The notes beneath the pieces are model-generated. The model did no database searches, was not told the DNA's origin, and saw only the letters and a program-made list of their open reading frames with translations. This document shows, in pieces, positions 26,804 to 40,147 of a stretch of DNA of 64,000 nt. Each line of letters begins with the position of its first letter. The stretch's first letter is position 1. The DNA is taken from the NCBI GenBank assembly GCA_021824285.1, contig JAKAKZ010000001.1:4096-68095 (forward strand), read 5' to 3'. This stretch comes from a bacterium. Lineage in GTDB: Bacteria; Patescibacteriota; Patescibacteriia; SG8-24. Both the position numbers and the translations under genes were made by a program.

Positions 26804-27946
26804 TCAGATCAGGCCGCGCCTGATCTCCGTCCGCACCCGACGGACGAGCTCGTTGAAATGCCAAAGGTTATGGATGGTAAGCAGGGTCCCGGCCGTATAC
26901 TCCTTGGCGCGATAGAGGTGGCAGAGATAACCGCGGGTGTATTTGGTGCAGGTCGGGCAGCCGCAGGCTGAATCAAGAGGCGCACGGGACTTCAGATGCT
27001 TGGACGAGCCAATCTCCAGGCGGCCCCGCGAAGTGAACGCCGTGCCGTGGCGGGCGTACTGCGTCGGAACCGTGCAGTCGAAGGTATCCACTCCTTCCTT
27101 GACGATACGGCGAATATCATCGGGATGACCGATGCCCAAAAGATGACGCGGCTTGCCTTCCGGCAGTTCACGGACCACCTCGCGCAGCATCGCGGTCATG
27201 GTCTTCTTATCCGCACCGAATTCCCCTCCGATCCCGAATCCGTCGAACGGCAGTGAGGCGACGGTCCGGGCCGAGGCGCGGCGCAGGTCCTTGAACTTGC
27301 CGCCCTGGACGATGCCGTAGAGCGATTGCTTGGGGTCACGGGCCTTCAAGCAACGTTCGGCCCAACGATGCGTCCGCGCCACGGACATTTCCGTGTAGGC
27401 CCGATCCGCGTTGGGCGGGGTGCATTCGTCGAAAGCGAAGGCGATATCCGCGCCGAGCGCGGCCTGAATGCTCATGGATTCCTCTGGTCCGATGAAGATC
27501 TTGCGGCCATCGAGATAGGAGGTGAAGGTGACCCCCTGTTCGGTGATGGAGAGGAGTTTCGGCTTCTGCTTCAGACCGACCTTGGCCGTGGTGTCGCGAT
27601 AGCCGATCTTGCCCAAACCGTAATCACGGCCGAACCCCAGGCTGAAGACCTGAAAACCGCCGGAATCAGTCATGATCGGACGCTTCCAGGCCATGAACTC
27701 GTGCAAGCCGCCTTGCGCCCGGACGACCTGCTCGCCTGGCTTGAGGTGCAGGTGAAAGGTATTGCAGATCAGGAGCGGGCTGCCGGCTCCCTCCGCTTGT
27801 TCCGCCGTCAGCGTCTTCACGGCCGCCTGGGTGGCGACCGTAACGAGCGCCGGGGTCTCCACCGTCCCATGCGCAGTGTGCAGCAAACCGAGCCGGGCGC
27901 GGCTTTTCTTGGAGCGTTTGAGGATTTCCAGGCGGACGCGGGGCAT
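26804..27946 (-). CDS. tgt: tRNA-guanine transglycosylase
   Basis: NTFHL, TDSGGFQVFSL, FDEC, GIVQGG, GVDTFDC, CGCPTC...H zinc site. Confidence 0.95.
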   Translation of the reverse strand: MPRVRLEILKRSKKSRARLGLLHTAHGTVETPALVTVATQAAVKTLTAEQAEGAGSPLLICNTFHLHLKPGEQVVRAQGGLHEFMAWKRPIMTDSGGFQVFSLGFGRDYGLGKIGYRDTTAKVGLKQKPKLLSITEQGVTFTSYLDGRKIFIGPEESMSIQAALGADIAFAFDECTPPNADRAYTEMSVARTHRWAERCLKARDPKQSLYGIVQGGKFKDLRRASARTVASLPFDGFGIGGEFGADKKTMTAMLREVVRELPEGKPRHLLGIGHPDDIRRIVKEGVDTFDCTVPTQYARHGTAFTSRGRLEIGSSKHLKSRAPLDSACGCPTCTKYTRGYLCHLYRAKEYTAGTLLTIHNLWHFNELVRRVRTEIRRGLI

Positions 27947-27955
27947 TGAGGTGGG

Positions 27956-27990
27956 TGGCTTTGCGCTTAAAGCTTCGAGCTTGGAGCTAC
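27956..27990. repeat. 7-nt-periodic half-element upstream of tgt
   Basis: GCT at 27958/965/972/979/986. Confidence 0.65.
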
Positions 27991-28054
27991 GTTAGTGCAG
28001 ACGTAATTAGAGCCTAAAACAGAGGTTTTGGCTAGGGGGCACCCTCTGGTGCGT

Positions 28055-29584
28055 TCAGCGGCGCGCCATGCTGAACTCCGCGGACAGGAAATCCACGGGA
28101 GCGCGGTCGTCGGTCAGGAGCAGTCCCCGGCCGGAAGGCGGCGCGGCTTCGGCCGACATCGCCGCGACGCGCACCCCGTCCAGTTCCGGCGGCAGTGATT
28201 GCGCCGCAGCCGTCAAATCGAGCGGCGCATCGCTCGCGAAGATGATGCGGTTGAGGCTGTCCGCCACATGCACAACAGCGATGTGACTGAATACCGACCC
28301 AATAGTATCGATCAGGCTGCGGTAGAGCGGATCTCCCGGAACGTATTCGATCACGTTCATGGCCATGGCTCCGCCTGGTGCGAGCCTGTCCTTTACCGAT
28401 TCAAAGGCCTCGCGGGTCGCCAGCGTGACCGCCACATGCCGGTTGACGTAGGCGTCCAACACGATTGCCTCATACGAACCGGCGGAGTTCCGCAAGAAAA
28501 GGCGTCCGTCCGCGTTCACGAGCCTGATGCTGGACGGATCCAAACCCAAATCCGCTTCCGCAATCGCGGTCACGGCCGGGTCCAGTTCCACGCCCGTGAG
28601 ATCGACCGGGCGCAAGCCCGCCCCCAACCGGTAAGGCCGGATTGCCGCTCCGCCGGCCAGGCCGATGATCGCGGCCCGGTGCGCCGCTCCATGACCGGGG
28701 CGCAGCTGCGGCAGTAGCGAGAAATAATCATAGTAGTGGCCGGTCACCGGATCGGACGGATCGTAGACCGACTGTACGGCCAGGGCCTCATTGAAGGTCA
28801 GATACCGCTTACCGTCGCGTTCCAGCACGCGCACGAGCTGATATGGCGTTTCCGCGCGGCGAATGACGCCGGAGAGCGTCTCAAAAGGCGGAGTCACCGC
28901 GAACGCCAGCGGGAGCAGCAGAACGGCCATGAGCCTGCGCTTACCGCCGCCGGCCGAATAGAGCCAAAGTCCGACGGCAAGAAGCGTCCCGGCCACGATG
29001 GCGACAGTCGCCGAAACGCCCAAATCCGGCACCAGCACCAAAGTCGGAGTCAAAGTTCCGACGATGCTGCCGAAGGTAGAGACCATGAAAAAACGGGAAG
29101 ACGCCAAGCCCACGTCACGGCAGGCCGACCAGCGCTTAAGAATCGTCGGCGACAGCATGGTCGCCAGAAAAACCGGAGGCGCAAAAACAGCAGCGGAGAC
29201 GCCCAAGGAACCTAAAAAAACCCCTGACAGCCGTCCGTCGGCGGCGAGCAGGACAAATGCCAAGGAGGCAAAGACCGGCAGAAGCAGCGCCCCGAGTATG
29301 GCCAATATGCCGGTCCCCATGAGCAGAAGACCGATTGGGCGCAAGCCGAGATTACGCATGGCCAGACGTCCGCCGAACCAATACCCGACGGATGCGGCCG
29401 TCAGAACGCAGACGATGATGCTGGTCCAGACGAAAACCGAAGCGCCGAAATACGGCGCCAACTGCCGCGAGGCCGTCAGTTCGACCGCCATGGTAGCCGC
29501 GCCACCAGCAAAAGCGGCGGCCGCCAAATAGCGTTCTTCGTCCGCGCCGCAGAACACGGCTTTCAGACGGGCCATCAGAGCCAT
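28055..29584 (-). CDS. Fused MFS-like / spermidine synthase-like methyltransferase
   Basis: ELTASRQLAPYFGAS TM region; IIGLAGG, VELDPAV, DGRLFL, IVLDAY, LTDDRAPV. Confidence 0.88.
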   Translation of the reverse strand: MALMARLKAVFCGADEERYLAAAAFAGGAATMAVELTASRQLAPYFGASVFVWTSIIVCVLTAASVGYWFGGRLAMRNLGLRPIGLLLMGTGILAILGALLLPVFASLAFVLLAADGRLSGVFLGSLGVSAAVFAPPVFLATMLSPTILKRWSACRDVGLASSRFFMVSTFGSIVGTLTPTLVLVPDLGVSATVAIVAGTLLAVGLWLYSAGGGKRRLMAVLLLPLAFAVTPPFETLSGVIRRAETPYQLVRVLERDGKRYLTFNEALAVQSVYDPSDPVTGHYYDYFSLLPQLRPGHGAAHRAAIIGLAGGAAIRPYRLGAGLRPVDLTGVELDPAVTAIAEADLGLDPSSIRLVNADGRLFLRNSAGSYEAIVLDAYVNRHVAVTLATREAFESVKDRLAPGGAMAMNVIEYVPGDPLYRSLIDTIGSVFSHIAVVHVADSLNRIIFASDAPLDLTAAAQSLPPELDGVRVAAMSAEAAPPSGRGLLLTDDRAPVDFLSAEFSMARR

Positions 29585-29587
29585 AGG

Positions 29588-30055
29588 TCAGACCGGACTG
29601 CGCAGGAACAGCAGGCCGGTGATGAAGAGGAAGAAGATGTAGGCCGAAGCCGCCATGGCGATGTAGCGCTTCGGCAACTGACGGCGGGCATGGGCGTTGG
29701 CGTAGGTGAAGAGGGCCAAGCACGCGCCCATGAGTCCGGCGTCGCGCACCGTCAGATCGTCCGCGCCGATCGGCAGGAAGAAGGCCAACAGGAAAAAGAA
29801 GGCGCCGGCCGCAGCTTCCCTGACGTATTTGCCGGAGACCAACAGCACGCCGACCGCGGCCTCAAGCAGGCCGGCCGCCACAATCACCCAAGACCAGGGG
29901 GCAGGCAGCAGATCGCTCAGGAATTCCGGCAGCCGCGCATACCAGGCGATAGGATGCAGGATTTTATGCAGCCCGAACCACAGGAACACGCTACCCACGG
30001 CGAAGCGCAGGATCACTATGCCGAGATCGCGATCGTCTTTGCGGAAAATATCCAT
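29588..30055 (-). CDS. DoxX family membrane protein
   Basis: LRFAVGSVFLWFG..K, GLLEAAVG, VRDAGL. Confidence 0.75.
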   Translation of the reverse strand: MDIFRKDDRDLGIVILRFAVGSVFLWFGLHKILHPIAWYARLPEFLSDLLPAPWSWVIVAAGLLEAAVGVLLVSGKYVREAAAGAFFFLLAFFLPIGADDLTVRDAGLMGACLALFTYANAHARRQLPKRYIAMAASAYIFFLFITGLLFLRSPV

Positions 30056-30061
30056 AATAAA

Positions 30062-30829
30062 TCAGCCGATAGCCGGCCGGCGTTGGCGCAGGAGCAGCCA
30101 GATTCCGGCCGAAACCATGATCAGGCAGCCGTACTGCGCCGGCGTCAGATAAAAATATCTGGCATCGGCGATGCCTGGATCCCATATGCGGTAGAAGTCC
30201 AGCGCGAAACGGCCGAGACCGTAAATGACGAGATAAAGGGGCAGGAAACCGCGGCGGCGCAGGGCCGGACGCAGCTTGGCCAGGGCCAAGAAGAGCCCGA
30301 ACATCAGAAAACCGAGCAAGGAGTTCAGCAGCCCGTGGTCCAGACGCGGTCCGTCAGGAAAACCAACCGCCAAAAAAGACGTAGAAGAAACGCCGAGATG
30401 GTCGTGGATGAGAAAGCAGCCGATGCGCCCGATGCCGTCCCCGAGCGGCAGGACAAAGGCGGCGACGTCGGCGTAATCACGCCACTCGAGACCGGTGCGC
30501 CAGCAATATGCGATGAGCGTCGCCGCCCCGAAGAGCAGACCGCCGGTGATGGACATGCCGCCCTGCCAGAACTTCAGGATGCGCAGCGGATCGGCTAAGT
30601 AAGCGGCCGGATCATAGGCGAAGACGTGGACCAACCGACCTCCGATGAGCGCCGCGATGACGGTCCAGGTGGCGAGATCCAAAAAGCGTTCGCCGTCGAG
30701 ACCGCGCCGCTTCGCCTCATGCCGACCGACATAGGCCGCCGTCAGTATGCCGATGGCGACCATGAGGCCCCAAACCTGAATGTGTACGGGACCGACGGTG
30801 AAACTGGTCAAGGTAAAATACGGAATCAT
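30062..30829 (-). CDS. lgt: Prolipoprotein diacylglyceryl transferase
   Basis: IGGRLVHV, WQGGMSITGG, IGRIGCF, YGLGRFALDFYR. Confidence 0.88.
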   Translation of the reverse strand: MIPYFTLTSFTVGPVHIQVWGLMVAIGILTAAYVGRHEAKRRGLDGERFLDLATWTVIAALIGGRLVHVFAYDPAAYLADPLRILKFWQGGMSITGGLLFGAATLIAYCWRTGLEWRDYADVAAFVLPLGDGIGRIGCFLIHDHLGVSSTSFLAVGFPDGPRLDHGLLNSLLGFLMFGLFLALAKLRPALRRRGFLPLYLVIYGLGRFALDFYRIWDPGIADARYFYLTPAQYGCLIMVSAGIWLLLRQRRPAIG

Positions 30830-32574
30830 TTTTTGGGCCCCTTACGGATAAGAAGAAAAAGCCAGACCATCATAGCGGACGAAACCATGAAACCTATCTC
30901 TCCGACCGGCAAGCCAAGCACGGCCAGCTTCTGTTCCGCCCGCATGATCACGGCCGAACCGATCGCTAAGGCGGCGGAAAGCAGCGCCAGGACGCGCAGG
31001 TCATTCTGGCGGTCGAACTCCTCCTTGAGGTCATAAAGCTCCTGCAGGTCGATGCGCACGCCCACCTCGCCCTTCTCGAACCGTTCCAGCAGGGACCGCG
31101 TCTCCTCGGGCAGGCGCTTAAGGAACTGCAGCGCATCGAAAACCGATGTTTCCGCGGTCTGCCGCATCTTATCCGGAGAAAACTCATCGAGCAGCGCGGC
31201 CGTCACCTGCGGCTTGATGGCCGCCGTCAAATCGAAATCCGGATCAAGCTTCAGCACCATCGCCTCCACGGTGAGAAAGGCCTTGCCGAGCAAAATCAGG
31301 TCGGCCGGGAACAGGATGCCGCGCCGGCTGCCGGCCAGGAGCACATGGTAGAAGGCGAAAGCCGCACCCTTCTTCTCGAGCGGCTTATAGAGAATACCGG
31401 TGAGGGTGGAGCGCACGTCATCGCCGAATCCTTCGATGTCCGCCGCGTCCTTGGACTGCGCCAAATCCACCATGTGGCGGGCGAAGCCGTCGATGTCCTT
31501 GTTCAGGAAGCAGGAAAAGCAGCTCAGCACCTCATAACGGCTGCGTTCCGAGAGCGTCCCGACCATGCCGAAATCGTAGAGCGCGATGCGCGGCGCATTC
31601 TCCGGACCCGGCTCGGCGTTCTTCCGCACCGCCTTGGGCGGTACGCAGACGATATTGCCGGGGTGCGGATCGGCGTGGAAAAAGCCGTCACGCAGGAACA
31701 TGCGCAAACCGACGCCCAAGCCCTTGGCCGCGACCCAGGCCGAATCGATATGGGCCTTCTTGAGCCCGGTCAGGTCGTCCACCTTGATGCCGCCGACATA
31801 GTCCGTCACCAGCACAGACGGCGTGACCAGTTTCCAATGGACTCCCGGAATCACGACCTCGCTGTCCTTGCGGAACGACTCGCGAATCCGGTCCATGTTG
31901 GCGCCCTCCAGGGAGAAATCCAGCTCCCGCATGGTCCAAGCCGCGAATTCGGCCACGAGCCGGACAGGCCGGAAACGCCGGCTCTCCGGGATATGCTCCT
32001 CCAGCAGGCGCGCCACGAAGGCCATGATGCGCACGTCGGTCGCCACAAGCCGGTCAGCGGCCGGACGCTTGACCTTGACTGCGACCACCGTACCGTCCTT
32101 GAGCCGTGCCCGATGGACCTGCGCCAGCGAGGCCGCGGCGGCCGGCTTTTCAGTGAAGTCGGAAAAGATATTCTCAATCGGCTGACCCAACTCGCGCTCG
32201 ACGATCTTCTCGGCCGTCCCAGGCATGAGCGGACGCACCGCATCCTGAAGTTTGGCGAACTCCGCCGCCACATCCACGCCGACCACATCGGGCCGCATAC
32301 TCATGATCTGGCCGAGTTTGACGAAAGTCGGGCCAAGGCGCTCAAAGGAGCGCCGCAGACGAACCTCAAGAGGCGGCCCAGCCTCCGGCCCATCGGTACG
32401 ACGCGCCCCTGGCCGCAGGCGCAAGGCCGCGAGCGCCCGGGACCGGAGCGGCACCAGATACCGCAGGCGCATGCGGTCGACAAAATGGGCCATCCCCTCT
32501 TCCATGAGGACGGTCACCACGGTCCGGAAACGGCGGATGTCGCCGATGGCATCGGGCAGGTTGGCGAGCGGCAT
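30826..32574 (-). CDS. AarF/UbiB (ABC1) family protein kinase-like
   Basis: LGPTFVKLGQ, AAASLAQVH, VAVKV, FFHADPHPGN, DFGMVG. Confidence 0.92.
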   Translation of the reverse strand: MPLANLPDAIGDIRRFRTVVTVLMEEGMAHFVDRMRLRYLVPLRSRALAALRLRPGARRTDGPEAGPPLEVRLRRSFERLGPTFVKLGQIMSMRPDVVGVDVAAEFAKLQDAVRPLMPGTAEKIVERELGQPIENIFSDFTEKPAAAASLAQVHRARLKDGTVVAVKVKRPAADRLVATDVRIMAFVARLLEEHIPESRRFRPVRLVAEFAAWTMRELDFSLEGANMDRIRESFRKDSEVVIPGVHWKLVTPSVLVTDYVGGIKVDDLTGLKKAHIDSAWVAAKGLGVGLRMFLRDGFFHADPHPGNIVCVPPKAVRKNAEPGPENAPRIALYDFGMVGTLSERSRYEVLSCFSCFLNKDIDGFARHMVDLAQSKDAADIEGFGDDVRSTLTGILYKPLEKKGAAFAFYHVLLAGSRRGILFPADLILLGKAFLTVEAMVLKLDPDFDLTAAIKPQVTAALLDEFSPDKMRQTAETSVFDALQFLKRLPEETRSLLERFEKGEVGVRIDLQELYDLKEEFDRQNDLRVLALLSAALAIGSAVIMRAEQKLAVLGLPVGEIGFMVSSAMMVWLFLLIRKGPKK

Positions 32575-32576
32575 GT

Positions 32577-33035
32577 TCAGATGGCGCCGAGACGGTTCAG
32601 CGCTTTACGGTAACCGGCCACGGCGCGGCGCGCCAGACCGGTCTCCAGATGGAAAGTGGCCTCATGGACCAGTTGATTGCGGACCTTGTGCGCCCACCAG
32701 ACATCGCGCAGTTCCGGATAGCGGTACTGGGCGAATTTCAGCCGCTCACCCAATGTTTCTCCGGGCATGGCGAGCGTCTTCAGGGCCTGATCGAGCAGCT
32801 TGTCGGCCTCGACAATGGCCAGCTTGCGCTGCATTTCGCCGCCGCTTGCCGCCATGTCCTCAATTTCCTGCCAGCGCCGCCGCAACGTGGCGCGGTCCTG
32901 TGCCATGAACTTGCGCGAAGCAAAGAAACGGCGCAAGGCGCGGAACAGGGAAAAGACAATGACCGACACCGCCGCCGCGCCGACAGCATAAGCGGCGATT
33001 GGACCGGCGGACGCTAGATCAATGGTCACCGTCAT
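32577..33035 (-). CDS. Membrane-anchored conserved hypothetical protein
   Basis: N-terminal TM; AIVEADKLLD...GETLGERLK...AHKVRNQLVHE (RxxxxH, HEPN-like). Confidence 0.7.
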   Translation of the reverse strand: MTVTIDLASAGPIAAYAVGAAAVSVIVFSLFRALRRFFASRKFMAQDRATLRRRWQEIEDMAASGGEMQRKLAIVEADKLLDQALKTLAMPGETLGERLKFAQYRYPELRDVWWAHKVRNQLVHEATFHLETGLARRAVAGYRKALNRLGAI

Positions 33036-33049
33036 ATCGCAGGAAGCGG

Positions 33050-33496
33050 TCAGCCGGCGATCCAGGTGACGCGCGCGATCTCATCGCCTTTCGGCCAGAT
33101 AATCTCGAGCGTACCGCCTTTGTGGCTCGCGTGCACATGCTTGCCCAAAGCTACCGCCAGATGGGCCTGCGCGGTCAGGACGGTGACGCCGCCCGGACCG
33201 GCGGTCAGCTTGACCACGCGGTTGGCGGAATCACGTTCCTCCGCGAGCCGGGCCTGATGGCGCAGCTCGGCGAGCAATCCGGCTTTCAGCTCCGGCACGA
33301 GACCGGACAGCTTGAGCTCGCCGCCGACCGCCCGGCGTACGGTCGGGCGCATGCGTTTCAGATCCCGCCGCATGGCTTCGCTGTCACGGACCGGTCGGCT
33401 AAAACCGCCGCTGGCCGTGCGCCGCTTCGTCTTGCGCGGCATGACTTTGCTGGGACGGACACGGGCGGACCGGCGGATGATGCGGACGGTCTTCAT
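33050..33496 (-). CDS. BCAM0308/NMD3-like protein
   Basis: GELKLSG...AEERD..NRV...HLAVALG...HKGGTL..W......RVTW. Confidence 0.55.
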   Translation of the reverse strand: MKTVRIIRRSARVRPSKVMPRKTKRRTASGGFSRPVRDSEAMRRDLKRMRPTVRRAVGGELKLSGLVPELKAGLLAELRHQARLAEERDSANRVVKLTAGPGGVTVLTAQAHLAVALGKHVHASHKGGTLEIIWPKGDEIARVTWIAG

Positions 33497-33519
33497 AGGG
33501 ACAAACGGTTAAACAATGA

Positions 33520-34971
33520 TTATTTTTTCAATGGGAGGCGACCATGCGCCTCTTCGAAGGCGCGGGCCACGGCCAGCAGACGGCCCTCCTCGAAATGGCG
33601 GCCGATGAACTGGAAGCCGACCGGCAGGCCGGCGGCCAAACCGCAGGGCAGGCTCAAGGCCGGCAGGCCGGCGACGTTGACGGCCACAGTGTAGATGTCC
33701 GCCAGATACATGGCGAGCGGATCATCCTGCATCTCGCCGAGCTTCCAGGCTGCGAGCGGCGAAGTCGGGCCGACCAGCACGTCCACGTCGCGGAACGCTC
33801 GGAAAAAATCGTCGGAAATCAGCCGTCGGGCCTTCTGGGCCTGCAAATAATAGGCGTCGTAATAGCCGGAGGAGAGAGCGTAGGTACCGATCATGATGCG
33901 GCGTCTGGCTTCCTTGCCGAAGCCCTGGCCGCGGGACCGGCGATAGGTGTTCTCGAGCGAACCGCCCGACACGCGCGTGCCGTAGCGCATGCCATCGAAA
34001 CGCGCCAGGTTGGCGCTGACCTCGGACGGCATGAGGACGTAATAGACGGCCAGCGCGTATTCGCTGTGCGGCAAAGAGACTTCCTTGATTTCCGCGCCCA
34101 AGCCCGCCATCCGTTCGATCGCCTGACGCACGGAAGCTTCGACTTCCGGCTGCATGCCCTGGCCAAAATATTCTTTGGGCACGCCCACACGAATGCCCTT
34201 GAGGGACGCCAGGCGTTCGCCCTTCAGTCCCCAATCGGAGCGCAGTTCGACGCTCGTGCTGTCGTTGGCGTCGCGGCCCTCGATGGCTCCGAGCAGCAGC
34301 TCCGCGTCGTCCACCGACCGGGTCAGCGGTCCGATCTGGTCCAGACTTGAGGCCATGGCGATGAGGCCATAGCGCGAAACGCGGCCGTAGGTCGGTTTGA
34401 GGCCGACCACGCCGCACATGGCCGCGGGCTGGCGGATGGAGCCGCCAGTGTCGGAACCCAATGCGCCGCAGGCCGAGCCCTCGGCCACCGCCACGGCACT
34501 GCCGCCGGACGAACCTCCCGGAATTTGTGCCGTGTCCCAAGGATTGCGGGTCGGGCCATGTACCGAGGACTCCGTCGACGAGCCCATGGCGAACTCGTCC
34601 ATGTTGGTCTTGCCCAGAAGGACCGCGCCGGACCGGCGAAGCTTTCCGACGACCGTGGCGTCATAGGCCGCGCGGTAGTCCTTGAGGATGCCGGAGCCGG
34701 CCGTGGTACGGCCGCCGGCCACGCAGATGTTGTCCTTGACCGCTAAGGGAATGCCGTCGAGCTCGGAGAGCGGCTGGCCTGCTTTCCGCCGTCCATCAGC
34801 TTCGCGCGCGCCCGCCAAGGCCCCTTCGCGATCGATCGTGACGTAGGCGGAGGTGATCGTCTGTCCGACCTCCGCGGCGCGCAAACAGGCCTCCGTCAGC
34901 TCGACGGAGCTCAATTCACTCTTGCGCAGCGCCGCCGCCGCTTCTGTGATAGTCATGGTCTTCGGATCCAT
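33520..34971 (-). CDS. gatA: Asp/Glu-tRNA amidotransferase subunit A
   Basis: KTNMDEFAMGSSTE, PGGSSGGSA, GSDTGGSIRQPA. Confidence 0.97.
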   Translation of the reverse strand: MDPKTMTITEAAAALRKSELSSVELTEACLRAAEVGQTITSAYVTIDREGALAGAREADGRRKAGQPLSELDGIPLAVKDNICVAGGRTTAGSGILKDYRAAYDATVVGKLRRSGAVLLGKTNMDEFAMGSSTESSVHGPTRNPWDTAQIPGGSSGGSAVAVAEGSACGALGSDTGGSIRQPAAMCGVVGLKPTYGRVSRYGLIAMASSLDQIGPLTRSVDDAELLLGAIEGRDANDSTSVELRSDWGLKGERLASLKGIRVGVPKEYFGQGMQPEVEASVRQAIERMAGLGAEIKEVSLPHSEYALAVYYVLMPSEVSANLARFDGMRYGTRVSGGSLENTYRRSRGQGFGKEARRRIMIGTYALSSGYYDAYYLQAQKARRLISDDFFRAFRDVDVLVGPTSPLAAWKLGEMQDDPLAMYLADIYTVAVNVAGLPALSLPCGLAAGLPVGFQFIGRHFEEGRLLAVARAFEEAHGRLPLKK

Positions 34972-34972
34972 A

Positions 34973-35266
34973 TCAGGAAAATACCGCATCCGTCTTCAGC
35001 AGGTCGCCCTGCCGAGCGGGCATGGCCTCAAGCAAGCGCTGGCGCGTAGCCGCGTCGCAGGAGCGCACCTCGTCCGGCCGCAGAGGGTCCCAGAGCTCCA
35101 AGGCATGCGTCATCGGCTCAACGCTCGCGGTGTCGAGCTGACGGAGCTTGCCGACATAATCGAGAATCGAAGAAATCTGCCGACGAAAGGACTCCCGCTC
35201 TTCGGCGGAAAGCTCCAATCGGGCCAAGGCGGCAATCTTATCCACCTCTTCCAAGGTCAGTTGCAT
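34973..35266 (-). CDS. gatC: Asp/Glu-tRNA amidotransferase subunit C
   Basis: VDKIAALARLEL...ILDYV..L..LDT..VEP; adjacent to gatA. Confidence 0.92.
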   Translation of the reverse strand: MQLTLEEVDKIAALARLELSAEERESFRRQISSILDYVGKLRQLDTASVEPMTHALELWDPLRPDEVRSCDAATRQRLLEAMPARQGDLLKTDAVFS

Positions 35267-35308
35267 ACGTCAAAAACTTGTCAGCTTATAAGGTCGGAAC
35301 GGCGTATC

Positions 35309-38258
<2,950 letters not shown>

Positions 38259-38261
38259 AGG

Positions 38262-38888
38262 TCAACGGCGAAATTGCCGCCCGGCGGCGGTAGCCTGAAC
38301 CGAAGTGATGGTCAGACCCTCCGTCTGGTTGGTGTTCTCTAGCACCATCACGACCGTCACGCGCTGCTGCAGATTGCTGACGAAACCGTCAATCGTGGCG
38401 TCATAAATGCTGGGGTCGCGGTACGGCGCCACATAGAACTTCAGGTTCCGCAGACGGACGCTTTTCGGCGTAATCGGCGCCGGTGCCGAACCGTCGACCG
38501 TGACAAGCAGACACGGCTGGCTGTCGGCATCGGCACAATACTGTCCCGTGGCGGCATCGCTCTTCTCAAAGACGATCTGCGAACTGTTCTCGTCGATAAG
38601 AGCCAACGAGTCGGCTGGCAGCGGCACCGTGCCGGAATAATACTGGTAGTCCACGAGATCGTTCCGGATTTCACGCACCATGGCCTCAAGCGTGTAACGG
38701 GCATCTGCCTGGGCCCGCTCCATGGAAAAAACCTTGCGCTGCGCGCGGTTGGACATGATGAAGATGTCCGAGGCGGTCGCGACCGTCAGCGAAAACAGGC
38801 CGAGCACGACCACCATTTCCATGAGCGTGAAGCCGCGGGCATCCGCCACGCGCCTTTTTCCGTGCAGCCGCGAATCAGCGCCAATCAT
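38262..38888 (-). CDS. Prepilin-type minor pilin (PilW/GspJ-like)
   Basis: RGFTLMEMVVV cleavage motif; MVREIR. Confidence 0.85.
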   Translation of the reverse strand: MIGADSRLHGKRRVADARGFTLMEMVVVLGLFSLTVATASDIFIMSNRAQRKVFSMERAQADARYTLEAMVREIRNDLVDYQYYSGTVPLPADSLALIDENSSQIVFEKSDAATGQYCADADSQPCLLVTVDGSAPAPITPKSVRLRNLKFYVAPYRDPSIYDATIDGFVSNLQQRVTVVMVLENTNQTEGLTITSVQATAAGRQFRR

Positions 38889-39507
38889 AAAGCCATTCCT
38901 CAAGTTTCAGATTCCGTTGCTTGTTGACCACATTCCAGCGGACCGAAACCTCGACCTTCATGCCGATCTTGTGGGAGGTGGCCGCGCAGGGGCCGCAGGT
39001 CGTAGTCTCGTTGCCGCTCGCGTCAGCACAGACCGAGCTGATCGTCAGATAACGCTTGAACACGGTCGCTTCGGTATCCGGCGGCTTGTTGGGTGCCTGG
39101 ACATAGAGCCCGAGGGTCGCATCGTTGGGGCTCGAGGTGTAGCGCCAGACCGTGGAACTGAGGTCGCCGAAACCGGTCGTGGCGTAATCCAGAGACCAAA
39201 AACCGCTGGTCTGACCGGACGGGTCAAAGACCGGGATGGCGGTGCAGCGCGCCGGATCAGCGATGCCGGAGTCGAAGACCTGGTCAGCGAGCCAATTCGA
39301 GTCGCGCATGGCCCGCACGGCCTCAATTCCCTCGCGGGCCAAATTAGCGGCCACAATGCCCAATTCGCTTTCCTTCTCGGCCTTGACGGACACCGTCACG
39401 AGCGTGAGCGCGGAGGAAACCGCCGTGACGACGATGCCCAAAGCCACCGCCGCCTCCACCATACTCTGACCGGCACTACGCCGCCGTTGACGCAGGAGGT
39501 GAGGCAT
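38875..39507 (-). CDS. Prepilin-type minor pilin (PilV-like)
   Basis: GQSMVEAAVAL; ANLAREGIEAVRAMRDSNW. Confidence 0.82.
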   Translation of the reverse strand: MPHLLRQRRRSAGQSMVEAAVALGIVVTAVSSALTLVTVSVKAEKESELGIVAANLAREGIEAVRAMRDSNWLADQVFDSGIADPARCTAIPVFDPSGQTSGFWSLDYATTGFGDLSSTVWRYTSSPNDATLGLYVQAPNKPPDTEATVFKRYLTISSVCADASGNETTTCGPCAATSHKIGMKVEVSVRWNVVNKQRNLKLEEWLYDWR

Positions 39508-39508
39508 A

Positions 39509-40147
39509 TCACTGATTGCTGACCTGTCCGGAAAGCCGGTTGACCGTCACCTCGCGCGTCAGATTGTCGGTCGGATTGGTGAGCCGCACCGTCGCCAAAG
39601 TGGGAGCCGCATCGCCGGCGGAAAAAGGCAGGCCGTTGAAGCGGACGGTCGGCTTCGGCGGCATGAAAGTGATGTCGAGATCGGAATTGACGGCCGGCGT
39701 CAGACCGCTGACCACGACGTTGCGGCCGGGAGAGACGGAATTGCTGCGCACCGATTCAGAGGGCTGATAGCGGTAATCGCCGTTCAGGTCGGCAAACATC
39801 ACGATACTGCGCGCCCCGGCGCTGGAGAAACTAAGGTGGATTCCCCAGGCGTCCGGCACGTCAGTGACGCAGGTCTCGCCCCCATGGCAATCCCCCTGCC
39901 CTCCAGGACAGAGGCCGGCGGCGGTGCCGGTACCGCTTTCCTGGCAGAAAGCGACCGTCGCGCCGGCAATGGCGCTGGTCTGCGCCCGCCGGATGGAGGA
40001 ATCAAGTATCTGACCGGCATACCGAAGCTCCTCGTTGCGCCGTCCGGCGCCGAAGTTCGACAGCGCCAGACCGGTGACCACGGCGAAGATGCTCATGGCT
40101 ACGAGCAGCTCAACCAGCGAATAGCCTTTAGCGGAGTCGGGAATCAT
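39509..40147 (-). CDS. Prepilin-type minor pilin (FimT/GspH-like)
   Basis: KGYSLVELLVAM; IRRAQTSA; ATGA coupling with pilD. Confidence 0.82.
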   Translation of the reverse strand: MIPDSAKGYSLVELLVAMSIFAVVTGLALSNFGAGRRNEELRYAGQILDSSIRRAQTSAIAGATVAFCQESGTGTAAGLCPGGQGDCHGGETCVTDVPDAWGIHLSFSSAGARSIVMFADLNGDYRYQPSESVRSNSVSPGRNVVVSGLTPAVNSDLDITFMPPKPTVRFNGLPFSAGDAAPTLATVRLTNPTDNLTREVTVNRLSGQVSNQ

